Of a stretch of 64,000 nucleotides of DNA, positions 29,916 to 38,544 are shown piece after piece; the stretch's first letter is position 1; every line of letters begins with the position of its first letter. The notes below the pieces were generated by a model, which ran no database searches, was not told where the DNA came from, and saw nothing but the letters and a program-made list of their open reading frames with translations. Location: the sequence record NC_070980.1. One strand, given 5' to 3'. Origin of the DNA: Escherichia phage vB_EcoP_SU7. The position numbers and the translations under genes are program-made.

Positions 29916-30233
29916 TCAACTTGAGCTTAAAGCTCCTTTGCGACCGCCTGCTGATTTTCCAGCACGATCTCCACTTTTGCCGCCGTTCGAGCGATTTCGA
30001 GAGACTGATTCAACACGTAAGTTACTTGACGCATTAGAACCTCCCGACTTGATTGATCGTTTGTGTCCAACATCTTTACCTCGGACAGCAGCTTTTCCAT
30101 CGCGCTTTTCAACGATGCGACGTGCACGGTGGCGCTGAGCATCTCCGCTCTTGCTCCCAATTCCCGTTTCACCGCGCTTGATCGCAGTCCTTCTTTCTTG
30201 AGCATAGTCTCTTTTTCCTACATGATCTGCCAT
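29916..30233 (-). CDS. highly basic low-complexity protein
   Basis: 105 aa, Arg/Lys/Gly/Ser-rich; codon choice fits this frame better than two overlapping alternatives. Confidence 0.4.
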   Translation of the reverse strand: MADHVGKRDYAQERRTAIKRGETGIGSKSGDAQRHRARRIVEKRDGKAAVRGKDVGHKRSIKSGGSNASSNLRVESVSRNRSNGGKSGDRAGKSAGGRKGALSSS

Positions 30234-30562
30234 TAGATTTCTCCTGATTCTCTTTGGTTAAAGGTGTGGATGGCGTGGCAATTAGCACACAATATCCTGC
30301 ACTTCCTCATCTCTTCTTTTATTTGAGATAAAGATCTGGTGTGCCCTTTGGAGAGTTCGAATGACTTAGTTAATGGATTTAAATGATCAAACTGAAGAGC
30401 AGATGCGTGGCCTTTAAAACCACATTCAGAGCACCCGTAGAATGTTTTAACTCTACGAATAAAAGCTAGTTGCCTAAACCTTCTTCTCTCATTGTCTGCT
30501 TTTCTCTTATCTCTATTTCCTGGGTCGGCCCATCTACACGAGTCATTGCAAAACCTCTGCAT
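30233..30562 (-). CDS. HNH endonuclease
   Basis: CSECGFKGHASALQFDHLNP…CANCHAIH. Confidence 0.55.
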   Translation of the reverse strand: MQRFCNDSCRWADPGNRDKRKADNERRRFRQLAFIRRVKTFYGCSECGFKGHASALQFDHLNPLTKSFELSKGHTRSLSQIKEEMRKCRILCANCHAIHTFNQRESGEI

Positions 30563-30795
30563 TATATACTTCGTTACAAATGGTACCTTACAGGTTTCAC
30601 ATTCCTTGTGGTATGTTGCTATTTTGACCCCCTACTCAGTGTAAACAAAACCTTCTTTATCGGCTGACTCTTTTGCAAAAGTTTTTGCATCTTCAAGAGT
30701 GTCAAAAGTCTCAGTGATATAAACTTCTCGAGGCCCGTTTTTGTATACTACAGAAAACTTACCACCCTTAAGTTCTATTGGTTTCACAACAGTAC

Positions 30796-31536
30796 TCATT
30801 GAGACCCCTTCTCCATTGCTTTAACAATCGCCTTACAGAAACCAGAACGAACAATGTCATCTGATTCACCATCTACAATCTCAGCGAACTCATACAGATC
30901 ATGTTCATCAATAAAGTTAGTAGCCCAAGTAAGACCACTCTCACGACCACGCATATCATGCTGGTTAGTATCACCCATGCAGAACAGCTGAGAGGTTTCT
31001 CCCAATCGGGTCATGATTGAGAAGGCTTCATCCTTAGTTGTGTTCTGGAACTCATCTACGATAACAATAGCATCATTGAAAGAACGACCACGGAGATATT
31101 CCAGAGGTACGAACTCAATGTTACTGTTACCGAGCTGGCATTCATAGAACCCCTTACCATATCGCTGAGTAATAACATCAATGATGGGCATCAGGTAAGG
31201 TTCAAACTTCTCACGCATTCCTCCCGGAAGTAACCCAAGAGAGTTGCCCATGCCAACTGAAGGTCGACTCAGAATGATCTTCTGAATCTTACCGCTCTTC
31301 AGTGCATCAATAACTGTGGAAGTGATTACAAAGGTCTTACCACAGCCCGCAGGAGCGTCTGTGAACACAACTTGTTTAGTCTTAATAGCATTGAGTAGCT
31401 CAGACTGAAACTGGTTCTGAGGGACTACAGGCTTTGCTAAAACCACCTCTTCATACTCTCGCTTACCCTTATGAGTAACAAGTGCTTCCCGACGAAGGTC
31501 TTTCCGTGATTCTTTCCGTGATTGACGACGACTCAT
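30796..31536 (-). CDS. phoH: PhoH-like ATPase
   Basis: Walker A APAGCGKT; LGLLPGGMREKFEPYLMPIIDV; DEFQNTT. Confidence 0.75.
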   Translation of the reverse strand: MSRRQSRKESRKDLRREALVTHKGKREYEEVVLAKPVVPQNQFQSELLNAIKTKQVVFTDAPAGCGKTFVITSTVIDALKSGKIQKIILSRPSVGMGNSLGLLPGGMREKFEPYLMPIIDVITQRYGKGFYECQLGNSNIEFVPLEYLRGRSFNDAIVIVDEFQNTTKDEAFSIMTRLGETSQLFCMGDTNQHDMRGRESGLTWATNFIDEHDLYEFAEIVDGESDDIVRSGFCKAIVKAMEKGSQ

Positions 31537-31718
31537 TTACGCTCTCCAATTTCTTCGTAATGACACTCAGTAGTTAAGCAATCTTTACAGATTGCTGTAT
31601 AAACCCTGACGTTAGTAAATCGTTTGTTCTTCCCTTTGGTTGGAGAGCCTTTAGCAAGCTCTCTGATAACCTTGTTACTTAAATGAAGGTTTGTTCCTTC
31701 ACATCTAGAGCACTTCAT
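31533..31718 (-). CDS. small zinc-ribbon protein
   Basis: CSRCEG…CKDCLTTEC cysteine pairs. Confidence 0.4.
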   Translation of the reverse strand: MKCSRCEGTNLHLSNKVIRELAKGSPTKGKNKRFTNVRVYTAICKDCLTTECHYEEIGERK

Positions 31719-32034
31719 GGTTCATGTCTTTATGAATCCTGTAAACAGCTGTCGCCATACAAGCAACAGCCTCGTTGTGTGGGAGATGCATTCCTGTAGA
31801 ACCATCCCAATCTTTGAACTCAGCGTCAAAGACTCCGGTAGGCTCTGGATACAGAGCTTGCAGCTCCACTAGATCATTAGCAACTTGTTGCCATTTATCA
31901 TCAGACCAGATAGGGTCATCCAACCAGTAATACAAATAGGAATGGATGATCAATTGCCTTCTGTGCCGATTTATTACTTCAGCGGGACTTATCTCACTTC
32001 CATTTGAAGTCCTAAATGTATTACTGTCAATCAT
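31705..32034 (-). CDS. stand-alone protein resembling the N-terminal Ia domain of NAD-dependent DNA ligase
   Basis: RQLIIHSYLYYWLDDPIWSDDKWQQVANDLVELQALYPE resembles LigA domain Ia (YY..D.P.ISD..YD.L…L..L..P). Confidence 0.4.
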   Translation of the reverse strand: MIDSNTFRTSNGSEISPAEVINRHRRQLIIHSYLYYWLDDPIWSDDKWQQVANDLVELQALYPEPTGVFDAEFKDWDGSTGMHLPHNEAVACMATAVYRIHKDMNHEVL

Positions 32035-32216
32035 TTCACAACCTTAAATTTGAATGTTGTTGGGTGATAATAGTGCAACCTGTTAATGGTGTGCTTTGTT
32101 TCAAGGTATAACCTGCAAGAGTGACACATGACATGAGTCAAACCGGTTACAGGATTAGGTTTAAAGTTGGCGACAGTCTTCTCTTTCTTACAGAAGCTAC
32201 AGACTTTCTTTTCCAT
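32031..32216 (-). CDS. small zinc-binding protein
   Basis: CSFCKK…MCHSC; internal ATG chosen; overlaps the next ORF. Confidence 0.35.
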   Translation of the reverse strand: MEKKVCSFCKKEKTVANFKPNPVTGLTHVMCHSCRLYLETKHTINRLHYYHPTTFKFKVVK

Positions 32217-32430
32217 CTTTTCTCCAGTGGTCAACGAATTGCTGAAACACTTTATGGTCGAAGGTGAAACCGCGAGCAATCCCACACTCTACGAAAGTAG
32301 AAGGCATATAATCTACATCACCTTCAGATGTATGACCATAGATTTGAATAAGCTTCTTAATCTTATCCTTCTCTCTTCGAGGAAGCATTCTAAATGCCTC
32401 CTGAATATCTGTAATATGTTTTATCTTCAT
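32197..32430 (-). CDS. small hypothetical protein
   Basis: 77-aa ORF. Confidence 0.35.
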   Translation of the reverse strand: MKIKHITDIQEAFRMLPRREKDKIKKLIQIYGHTSEGDVDYMPSTFVECGIARGFTFDHKVFQQFVDHWRKDGKESL

Positions 32431-32576
32431 AAGAAATTCCTGCTAATCCTCTGAGTTGTGGGAACAGCAATATTCACATACTCCACAACAAGGGCAGATT
32501 TCTACACTTGGGTCATATGCATCATCAACTGTCATCCCACACTTGGTGCAGAACACGTCATCATCTTCTTCCAATA

Positions 32577-33224
32577 TTAACTCTCCAAAGTTTTCTTCAG
32601 GGCTGCCCACGAGATTGGGTAGAGTTTAGCCATCTCTTCGTCTAGAGATTGGGCAAACACTCGAACTTCATATTGAGCGTGAGATGAGAGTCGCTGACGA
32701 CACAACTCAAACCAGCCATACAAAGAACCAGTCCAGTACCAAGTAGTTATCATACCTTGAGGCAAAACAAATCTAGCCTGTTCCGGAGCAATAAATTTAA
32801 TCAATTCATCATAACTAGCAAGAGATGCTTCATACGCAGAGTTAAACAAAGCCAAAGCTTTTGCCTCCTCTTCCCCTTCAAGAAGCGCTCCAGAACCAGA
32901 GTGTAAATCATCTGGACGAGAGAAAATTTCTTTAGGTATGAAAATATCCACTGCTCCGTCTTTGTATCTACGACTCATCTCATTCCAAGAGAATCCAACT
33001 TGATGTTTTTGTAGCTGTCGTGCGATTGCTATCGGGGCTTCACACCGGAAGCTTGCTTGTGGGTGACGAAAAGGGCTTACATGGCGTTCTCGAGCTAAGA
33101 AGTTAATAAGCCGAGTATCATTTTCTTTCAGCTCCTCCCTTTCTACTCCCATAGTTACACGAGCGGCATTTACCACAGTAAGGTCTGATCCGAAGTTATC
33201 AATTAGTGAAGCTTTGATTGTCAT
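32577..33224 (-). CDS. thyX: flavin-dependent thymidylate synthase (ThyX family), divergent motif
   Basis: Aligns by eye to ThyX across AARV, SPF.H, F..APIA.ARQ, SWNEMSRRY, SHAQ.E, but the canonical RHR is KHQ here. Confidence 0.65.
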   Translation of the reverse strand: MTIKASLIDNFGSDLTVVNAARVTMGVEREELKENDTRLINFLARERHVSPFRHPQASFRCEAPIAIARQLQKHQVGFSWNEMSRRYKDGAVDIFIPKEIFSRPDDLHSGSGALLEGEEEAKALALFNSAYEASLASYDELIKFIAPEQARFVLPQGMITTWYWTGSLYGWFELCRQRLSSHAQYEVRVFAQSLDEEMAKLYPISWAALKKTLES

Positions 33225-33690
33225 TTATATAAATCTCCTTGACTTTATTATATTCCCTAGAGGCCTCTTCTACGGTTGAGAAGAGTCCTATATGCTTAGA
33301 TTTAAATACAGCCCGATAAGCAATAGAACCACTTTTCCTTTTATGAACAGTTACTCCAATTACTCCAGTGGATAAGTTATTACTCTGTGCTACCCTATTA
33401 AGACTGTTTCCTGCTTTAGTAGTCCCTCTAAGATTCTCTCTTTTGTTGTTCAACCTGTTGCGGTCCAAGTGGTCTACCTCTTCAGGAAGCGAACCAGTGT
33501 CCCACCAGTAAGCAAGACGGTGAGCGTAATACTTAACACCTTTATAGATGATTCTCAAATACCCATTGGTATTTACAGAACCAGCTATAGATCCTTTGTG
33601 TCCTTTTCCATAAGTTTTAACCCATCGGAAATCTCCAGTCAAAGGGTCGTAATCAAGAGCTTCTTTTATTGATAGGTCAATGTCATTCAT
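33199..33690 (-). CDS. HNH homing endonuclease with AP2-like domain
   Basis: VDHLDRNRLNNKRENLR (HNH) and GVIGVTVHKRKSGSIAYRAVF (AP2-like); directly upstream of thyX. Confidence 0.65.
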   Translation of the reverse strand: MNDIDLSIKEALDYDPLTGDFRWVKTYGKGHKGSIAGSVNTNGYLRIIYKGVKYYAHRLAYWWDTGSLPEEVDHLDRNRLNNKRENLRGTTKAGNSLNRVAQSNNLSTGVIGVTVHKRKSGSIAYRAVFKSKHIGLFSTVEEASREYNKVKEIYINDNQSFTN

Positions 33691-33705
33691 CCGTGAACTT
33701 CCTTA

Positions 33706-33981
33706 TTACTTTTTGTTCAGAGCTGTATCCAAAAAGGCTTTCAGGTTTGCTTCAGTTTGCATACCGGACAAGCTGTAATGAGCACCACTGTTCTTATCAG
33801 GGATGACAAAGGCTGGGATACTGCGAACACCATATTCAATGGCTCGCTCTCGACCATCACCTTCGGTGATATTTACTTCTTCAACTTCTACGTTGTAATC
33901 ATCTACAACCTTCTTAAACACAGGAGCCATAGCTGCACAAGGTGCACATGAATTACTATAAAACTTAATCACTTTACTCAT
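33706..33981 (-). CDS. thioredoxin
   Basis: …KFYSNSCAPCAAMAPVF… CxxC active site; ATG at 33981. Confidence 0.6.
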   Translation of the reverse strand: MSKVIKFYSNSCAPCAAMAPVFKKVVDDYNVEVEEVNITEGDGRERAIEYGVRSIPAFVIPDKNSGAHYSLSGMQTEANLKAFLDTALNKK

Positions 33982-34171
33982 TCTATTCCTTGTTAATAAA
34001 CAGGTTGATATGACGCTGGGTAGCAGGAACAACAATAAAAGATTTATACTGACCTTTTGCTAAGTCATGAGCAATCTTCTTTGTCTGACCAAGACCCATC
34101 ACACAGCCACTAACGATAATGGCATGTGCTTGTAATTCTTCAGGTAGGTTTAGTTTCACTCTTTGGGTTCC

Positions 34172-34357
34172 TTATAGCATACAAAGAATAATAACAAGAG
34201 GTAGTGTTATAGCAAAATGTACCAGAACAACACTACCTAGCTTGATAGCTTTAACATCCTCTTCTGCTGGGTTTTCTTTAATTGCTAAATTTCGAGCTTT
34301 ATATATAACAGTACCAACTATTAACGACCACACGGCCCACACAATCAGTGAAATCAT
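34172..34357 (-). CDS. small two-TM membrane protein (tandem paralog)
   Basis: Two hydrophobic helices flanking …KENPAEEDVKAIKLGS…. Confidence 0.45.
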   Translation of the reverse strand: MISLIVWAVWSLIVGTVIYKARNLAIKENPAEEDVKAIKLGSVVLVHFAITLPLVIILCML

Positions 34358-34366
34358 ATCAAACCC

Positions 34367-34588
34367 TTATGCAGTCAACAGGTGGAGAAGGAAAGGAATC
34401 ACAATAGTACAAACTACCAGAGCGATGCTGCCATGTTTAATAGCTTTAGCTTCACTTGGATTTTCTTTAAGCATCTGCTTCTGGGCCAGATAGACGATAC
34501 CACCAATAATGATTGCCCAAAAAGACCATACGATTGCTGAAAACATATTCACATCCTTATAAAGAAGTTCGCCCCACCTCTTAAACAA
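34367..34588 (-). CDS. small two-TM membrane protein (tandem paralog)
   Basis: Same layout as the previous ORF (…KENPSEAKAIKHGS…). Confidence 0.45.
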   Translation of the reverse strand: MFKRWGELLYKDVNMFSAIVWSFWAIIIGGIVYLAQKQMLKENPSEAKAIKHGSIALVVCTIVIPFLLHLLTA

Positions 34589-34609
34589 AGAGACAGGGCG
34601 GAGGTTTGA

Positions 34610-35185
34610 TTAGTAAGACACATCACCACTAGAGTGGGACATGTTGCTCTTGACGAAGTAACAGAACTTGCCAAGACCTTCATTAATTTCTTGAAGCATA
34701 CTCTGGTCCACTGGATAGGTGCACAAGTCTGAATCAAACTCATCCATCTTCTCAATGATACACATAAGAGTCATGCACATGTCGGAAAGCATACCGTCCA
34801 TGTCAAGATCAGCGTTACCTTCTCGGAACCAAGCATGACCTAAATAATTACTAGCAGTAGCATCCACCTTAACACAATGAAAGCGCATACGCTCTGCTAT
34901 TCGGTCGCCTGCCTCACGAGCATAATCTTCTAGTTCATCGAACATACCATGAACACCTTGGAAACCAGCTCCAGAGACGTTCCAGTGGTAGTTCTTTGCT
35001 TTGATGTGTAGAAGTTCAAGGTTAGCTTGCACACCACACAAGATGTGTTCTAAGCTGTTACCGCTAATCAGTTTATTCATTCCCTCAAGACGAGAGATAG
35101 AAGAGTCAGTAGTAGAGAATGGGTTGCTAGAACCCACTCGTGTTAGTTCTGGTAAGTCGAAGACATTATTATGCATTAGGTGCAT
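34610..35185 (-). CDS. Dps / ferritin-like protein
   Basis: …ANLELLHIKAKNYHWNVSGAGFQGVHGMFDELEDYAREAGDRIAERM matches the Dps di-iron helix pattern. Confidence 0.5.
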   Translation of the reverse strand: MHLMHNNVFDLPELTRVGSSNPFSTTDSSISRLEGMNKLISGNSLEHILCGVQANLELLHIKAKNYHWNVSGAGFQGVHGMFDELEDYAREAGDRIAERMRFHCVKVDATASNYLGHAWFREGNADLDMDGMLSDMCMTLMCIIEKMDEFDSDLCTYPVDQSMLQEINEGLGKFCYFVKSNMSHSSGDVSY

Positions 35186-35516
35186 CCCCTTCTAAGTTAG
35201 TTGAATTAGCTACATTACGAGCAATGTTATCCATGACCTGCTGTGTAATAACAATGCAATTCTGAGGGTCTACTGATTTAGAACGCCCCATCTCAGGGTC
35301 ATAGACTTTGACTCGCTTGGCTGTTGAGCCAGTAACTTGCAACACTTTGAGAAGATAGCCTTGGTTTCCAATAGACCATGCAACAACATCACGATTCTTG
35401 ATATAACGACCAAGCATGTCACGATGATAGAACTGCTGCATAACTTTAGCTTTGCTAATCTCTTCAGATGGCGGGGCCACTTTACTCAAATCTAACATAA
35501 CTCTCTCCTGTTTCAT
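35169..35516 (-). CDS. hypothetical protein
   Basis: 115-aa ORF preceded by an intergenic promoter-like motif. Confidence 0.45.
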   Translation of the reverse strand: MKQERVMLDLSKVAPPSEEISKAKVMQQFYHRDMLGRYIKNRDVVAWSIGNQGYLLKVLQVTGSTAKRVKVYDPEMGRSKSVDPQNCIVITQQVMDNIARNVANSTNLEGDAPNA

Positions 35517-35527
35517 ACAATATTCTT

Positions 35528-35543
35528 ATACTGTATATACATT
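35528..35543 (-). promoter_or_regulatory. candidate promoter motif AATGTATATACAG (minus strand)
   Basis: In the 35517-35568 intergenic gap; same TGTATATA core as 13310 and 23084. Confidence 0.3.
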
Positions 35544-35568
35544 TGAGAGTTATCATATCTACTACCAA

Positions 35569-35775
35569 CTAGTAATAAACCTTGCTGGATATGAATCCAG
35601 CACTGTTATGGATATTTTCAATCCAACGATGAATCTCCACCTTTTCAGCGAGACCTAAAGCTTTTGTAGCTTTCTTAGCAAGACGAGCTTCTTGTCGAGT
35701 GTCGAATAATTTAAGACAATCACCACCAAGGTCTTTGTTAGCCCATTTAACGCGAACTGCCCATAATTTAGCCAT
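35569..35775 (-). CDS. small hypothetical protein (tandem paralog)
   Basis: W.VR.KW…TRQEAR..KK shared with the next ORF. Confidence 0.45.
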   Translation of the reverse strand: MAKLWAVRVKWANKDLGGDCLKLFDTRQEARLAKKATKALGLAEKVEIHRWIENIHNSAGFISSKVYY

Positions 35776-35987
35776 TAGTAATGTACCTTTCCGCTGATAT
35801 AGAAACGACCTGATTTAAAGTCTTGAGCTTTGTGGATAGTGATCTTATTAATTGTGCTTTCACAACTTAACAAGAACTTCTTATGAGCGCGAGCTTCTTG
35901 ACGGGTGTTTCTAATACCCATCGACTCTGCACCACTACTCCAGCGAATACGAACTACCCAACGTCTTTTCATTGTTCCAAACTCCAT
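35775..35987 (-). CDS. small hypothetical protein (tandem paralog)
   Basis: W.VRIRW…TRQEARAHKK. Confidence 0.45.
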   Translation of the reverse strand: MEFGTMKRRWVVRIRWSSGAESMGIRNTRQEARAHKKFLLSCESTINKITIHKAQDFKSGRFYISGKVHY

Positions 35988-35990
35988 CAG

Positions 35991-36524
35991 TTATACGCCT
36001 TTAGAAGCAACTACACCATTACTACCGTTATAACGACCCTTCACTGCATAGGAATCATCACCAGCGTGAGAGTGTTCAAACATAACCATTTGACCAACAC
36101 GCATCCCAGCACGAACTCGTAAGCTGTGATTGTGGGTAACGTTATGGAACTCAAAGGTTAGCTTACTGCTATTAAACCCTGCATCAGCCCAACCAGCATG
36201 TAAGTGGTTCAAACCACAACGAGCCATAGAGGAGCGAAGTACAAACAGACTTGAGATGTTATCTGGAAGGTTAAACTCTTCCATTGAGTGAGCTAAGAAG
36301 AACTGTCCCGGAGTGATGACAATGCCATCTTCAGGGATTTTCACTTCTTTCCACTTGAGGTTTTCTTTAGCATCAATGTCAACAATACCATCAGCCTGTT
36401 CTTCAACAAGGATAGTATCACCAATACGGATATCCACGCTAGCAGCGTTAACATATTTATGCTCCGCATCTAAAAAGCCATTATCAATAACGCTGTGTAA
36501 TTCTTGAGAACCTAAAAGACTCAT
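35991..36524 (-). CDS. dCTP deaminase / dUTPase-superfamily enzyme
   Basis: NAASVDIRIGD… and C-terminal …GMRVGQMVMFE fit the dCTP deaminase family. Confidence 0.6.
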   Translation of the reverse strand: MSLLGSQELHSVIDNGFLDAEHKYVNAASVDIRIGDTILVEEQADGIVDIDAKENLKWKEVKIPEDGIVITPGQFFLAHSMEEFNLPDNISSLFVLRSSMARCGLNHLHAGWADAGFNSSKLTFEFHNVTHNHSLRVRAGMRVGQMVMFEHSHAGDDSYAVKGRYNGSNGVVASKGV

Positions 36525-38008
36525 GAGTTTCTGTTTCCTTGTACAGATGATGCCAAATTATTAATCATATTACGAGCTGTTTCACGAGATAGTGTAACAC
36601 CTGCTAGGTTGTTGTGAAGCTCACCAGATAGCTCACGAGCTGCTGCTCGTAGTTCTGCACCAAGTGCAGTGTCAGAGTGAGCTAGACCATTACGACGACC
36701 AACAGGTCGAGGAGCTTCGTTAGCGTCATTAGCTAATGATGCAAAACCAATATGAGCAGCTTCACGAGCCGCTATAGCTGATACTCGATCTTCTGTAGGG
36801 GTTGGCAAATCACCAACTTCTACACGTTCAATATCACTAGCACGTAGACCCTGAACAACAGAGCTTACTGTTTCCCATGAACGACGAGAACGCTGCAAAT
36901 CATCCATTGACGGAGATGGAATAGGACGAGCAGTTCCTCCTTGGACATGCCATGTACGAGTATCCATTCCAGAAGAGTGTGCACTACCAAAACTACCAGT
37001 GAAAGTATCACGAGGTCTTTCATGAGGTTGTACGTTATACCCTACAACACCCCCTCGAACAGTTCGAGAAGTTTCTTCATTAAAAGCTTGAAGATCTCGT
37101 CTGTTAGTTCCCGGAGTCCAAGGTCGTGTAATTGCTTCAGCACCTATAGTGGTTAATCCACTAGACCATTCTGTCTGTAGGTTAACTTCCTCGTCCAGAT
37201 AACTACGACCCCTTTCCTGAGGAATGTTTAATGTAGTTTCCATCATCTTCAGGGTATAATGACGACGCTGATTCTGATATAAATTTACACCAGCCATAGG
37301 CCCAACTAAATCACTGATCAGATGAACTTCTGGTTCACCAAAAGCTCCCATTGCAAGGTGCATGTACTCAGTAGAACTGCTGTAAACTGCAACTGTTGCT
37401 TCAGGCCACTTTTTGTGGACATACTTCATGTCACGACTTGTCACCACAGGGATATCATTAGTATATGCCATTGCAAACATACCTTCGTTCGACACATACA
37501 TATCATCGAGAGTCATAAACCCTTGACAAATCATAGGGAAGCGACCGCTCAGAGTATCCATATCCAGAGGGAGGTTAATCATCATCTGAATCTTCACTTC
37601 GTCAATCTCCACTTCCAAAATCTCTTGGAAAGTGAAAAGTGCTTCAGCGTAGGTTGTTCCACTGATAGGCTGAACTAGTCGAGATGTAACTTGAAGCCCC
37701 TTACTCTCTGTCCAAGACAAGAAGTTGTCAAGGAACAGTGCAGCATTACTTACGTTAGCAGGGCTGTTTTCCTGACGAGTGTTCCAACGGAATCCTCCTT
37801 GAACTAGGAAGATATCAACATCATTCGGAGTTCGATTTTGGAAGAACGTATCACGGATAGCACCACCTGCAATGACAGGATAGATACCATCAGGGACTAC
37901 GTTATCTCTGATCAGATTGCGAATCAGATCAAGCCCTACGCTGAGGGCTTCTCCTTCTTGAAGGTTTAATTCAGACAATGGAATCTTAATCATTTCTACA
38001 TTTTCCAA
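36521..38008 (-). CDS. nucleotidyltransferase-domain protein (tRNA-NT / poly(A) polymerase-like head) with long C-terminal extension
   Basis: [24 protein letters not shown] matches the GG.[VI]RD…D.D head motif; C-terminal ~250 aa Ala/Arg/Ser-rich. Confidence 0.4.
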   Translation of the reverse strand: MENVEMIKIPLSELNLQEGEALSVGLDLIRNLIRDNVVPDGIYPVIAGGAIRDTFFQNRTPNDVDIFLVQGGFRWNTRQENSPANVSNAALFLDNFLSWTESKGLQVTSRLVQPISGTTYAEALFTFQEILEVEIDEVKIQMMINLPLDMDTLSGRFPMICQGFMTLDDMYVSNEGMFAMAYTNDIPVVTSRDMKYVHKKWPEATVAVYSSSTEYMHLAMGAFGEPEVHLISDLVGPMAGVNLYQNQRRHYTLKMMETTLNIPQERGRSYLDEEVNLQTEWSSGLTTIGAEAITRPWTPGTNRRDLQAFNEETSRTVRGGVVGYNVQPHERPRDTFTGSFGSAHSSGMDTRTWHVQGGTARPIPSPSMDDLQRSRRSWETVSSVVQGLRASDIERVEVGDLPTPTEDRVSAIAAREAAHIGFASLANDANEAPRPVGRRNGLAHSDTALGAELRAAARELSGELHNNLAGVTLSRETARNMINNLASSVQGNRNS

Positions 38009-38544
38009 TTTAGAGATGGGGGATTCTTATAATCAAATCCAGCCATTTGACAAAGACACATGTAAACTTTAACTGTCAAGTTAACGTCTTGCTCACAATA
38101 GGTGAACATGTCTTCAGTGAATGCGTCCCATGCCTCCTCCTGTTCTCCATAATCTCCTTTCAGCTCCCCAAGAAACTCGCCCCATTGTTTGAGGCCGTGA
38201 CCACGAGGGCCATGTCTAGGGTCGCCTTTGGGGTATTCTGGACTATCACCAATACGGTCAGGCTTGAGATATCTACTCAGGCACAAAGTATCGAAGACGT
38301 TAAAGCGAAAAGGTATCACATGAGAATAAAACTTAAACAAAGCAGGAAGGTCAAAATCAATAATATTGTGACCTATTACTACATCAGCTTCTTTCAGTTT
38401 GTGTAGTGCTTCTTCAATTTGGTGAGGGCGATACCCCCACCGCTCTCCAGATAATACATCAAATATCCAGATACACCAGACATTCTGAATACCATCATAG
38501 AGATTATCCCCCTCGATATCAAACGCATACAGTTTCTTTACCAC
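37996..38544 (-). CDS. stand-alone 3'-5' proofreading exonuclease (T7 DNA polymerase exo-domain-like)
   Basis: Exo [12 protein letters not shown], Exo [16 protein letters not shown], Exo [12 protein letters not shown]; 182 aa; encoded ~9 kb from the polymerase domain. Confidence 0.75.
   Translation of the reverse strand: MVKKLYAFDIEGDNLYDGIQNVWCIWIFDVLSGERWGYRPHQIEEALHKLKEADVVIGHNIIDFDLPALFKFYSHVIPFRFNVFDTLCLSRYLKPDRIGDSPEYPKGDPRHGPRGHGLKQWGEFLGELKGDYGEQEEAWDAFTEDMFTYCEQDVNLTVKVYMCLCQMAGFDYKNPPSLNWKM

Noticed and set aside
29927-30205. Alternative 92-aa and 66-aa ORFs overlapping the basic-protein gene
   Set aside because: Codon usage (frequent CGA, CGG, AGC, GCG) is atypical for this genome; the 105-aa frame fits better.
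34119-34493. Plus-strand ORFs inside the minus-strand block (also 37322-37678, 38047-38406, 58736-59077 and others)
   Set aside because: Antisense to motif-supported genes and Cys/His/Leu-rich in a way typical of shadow frames.
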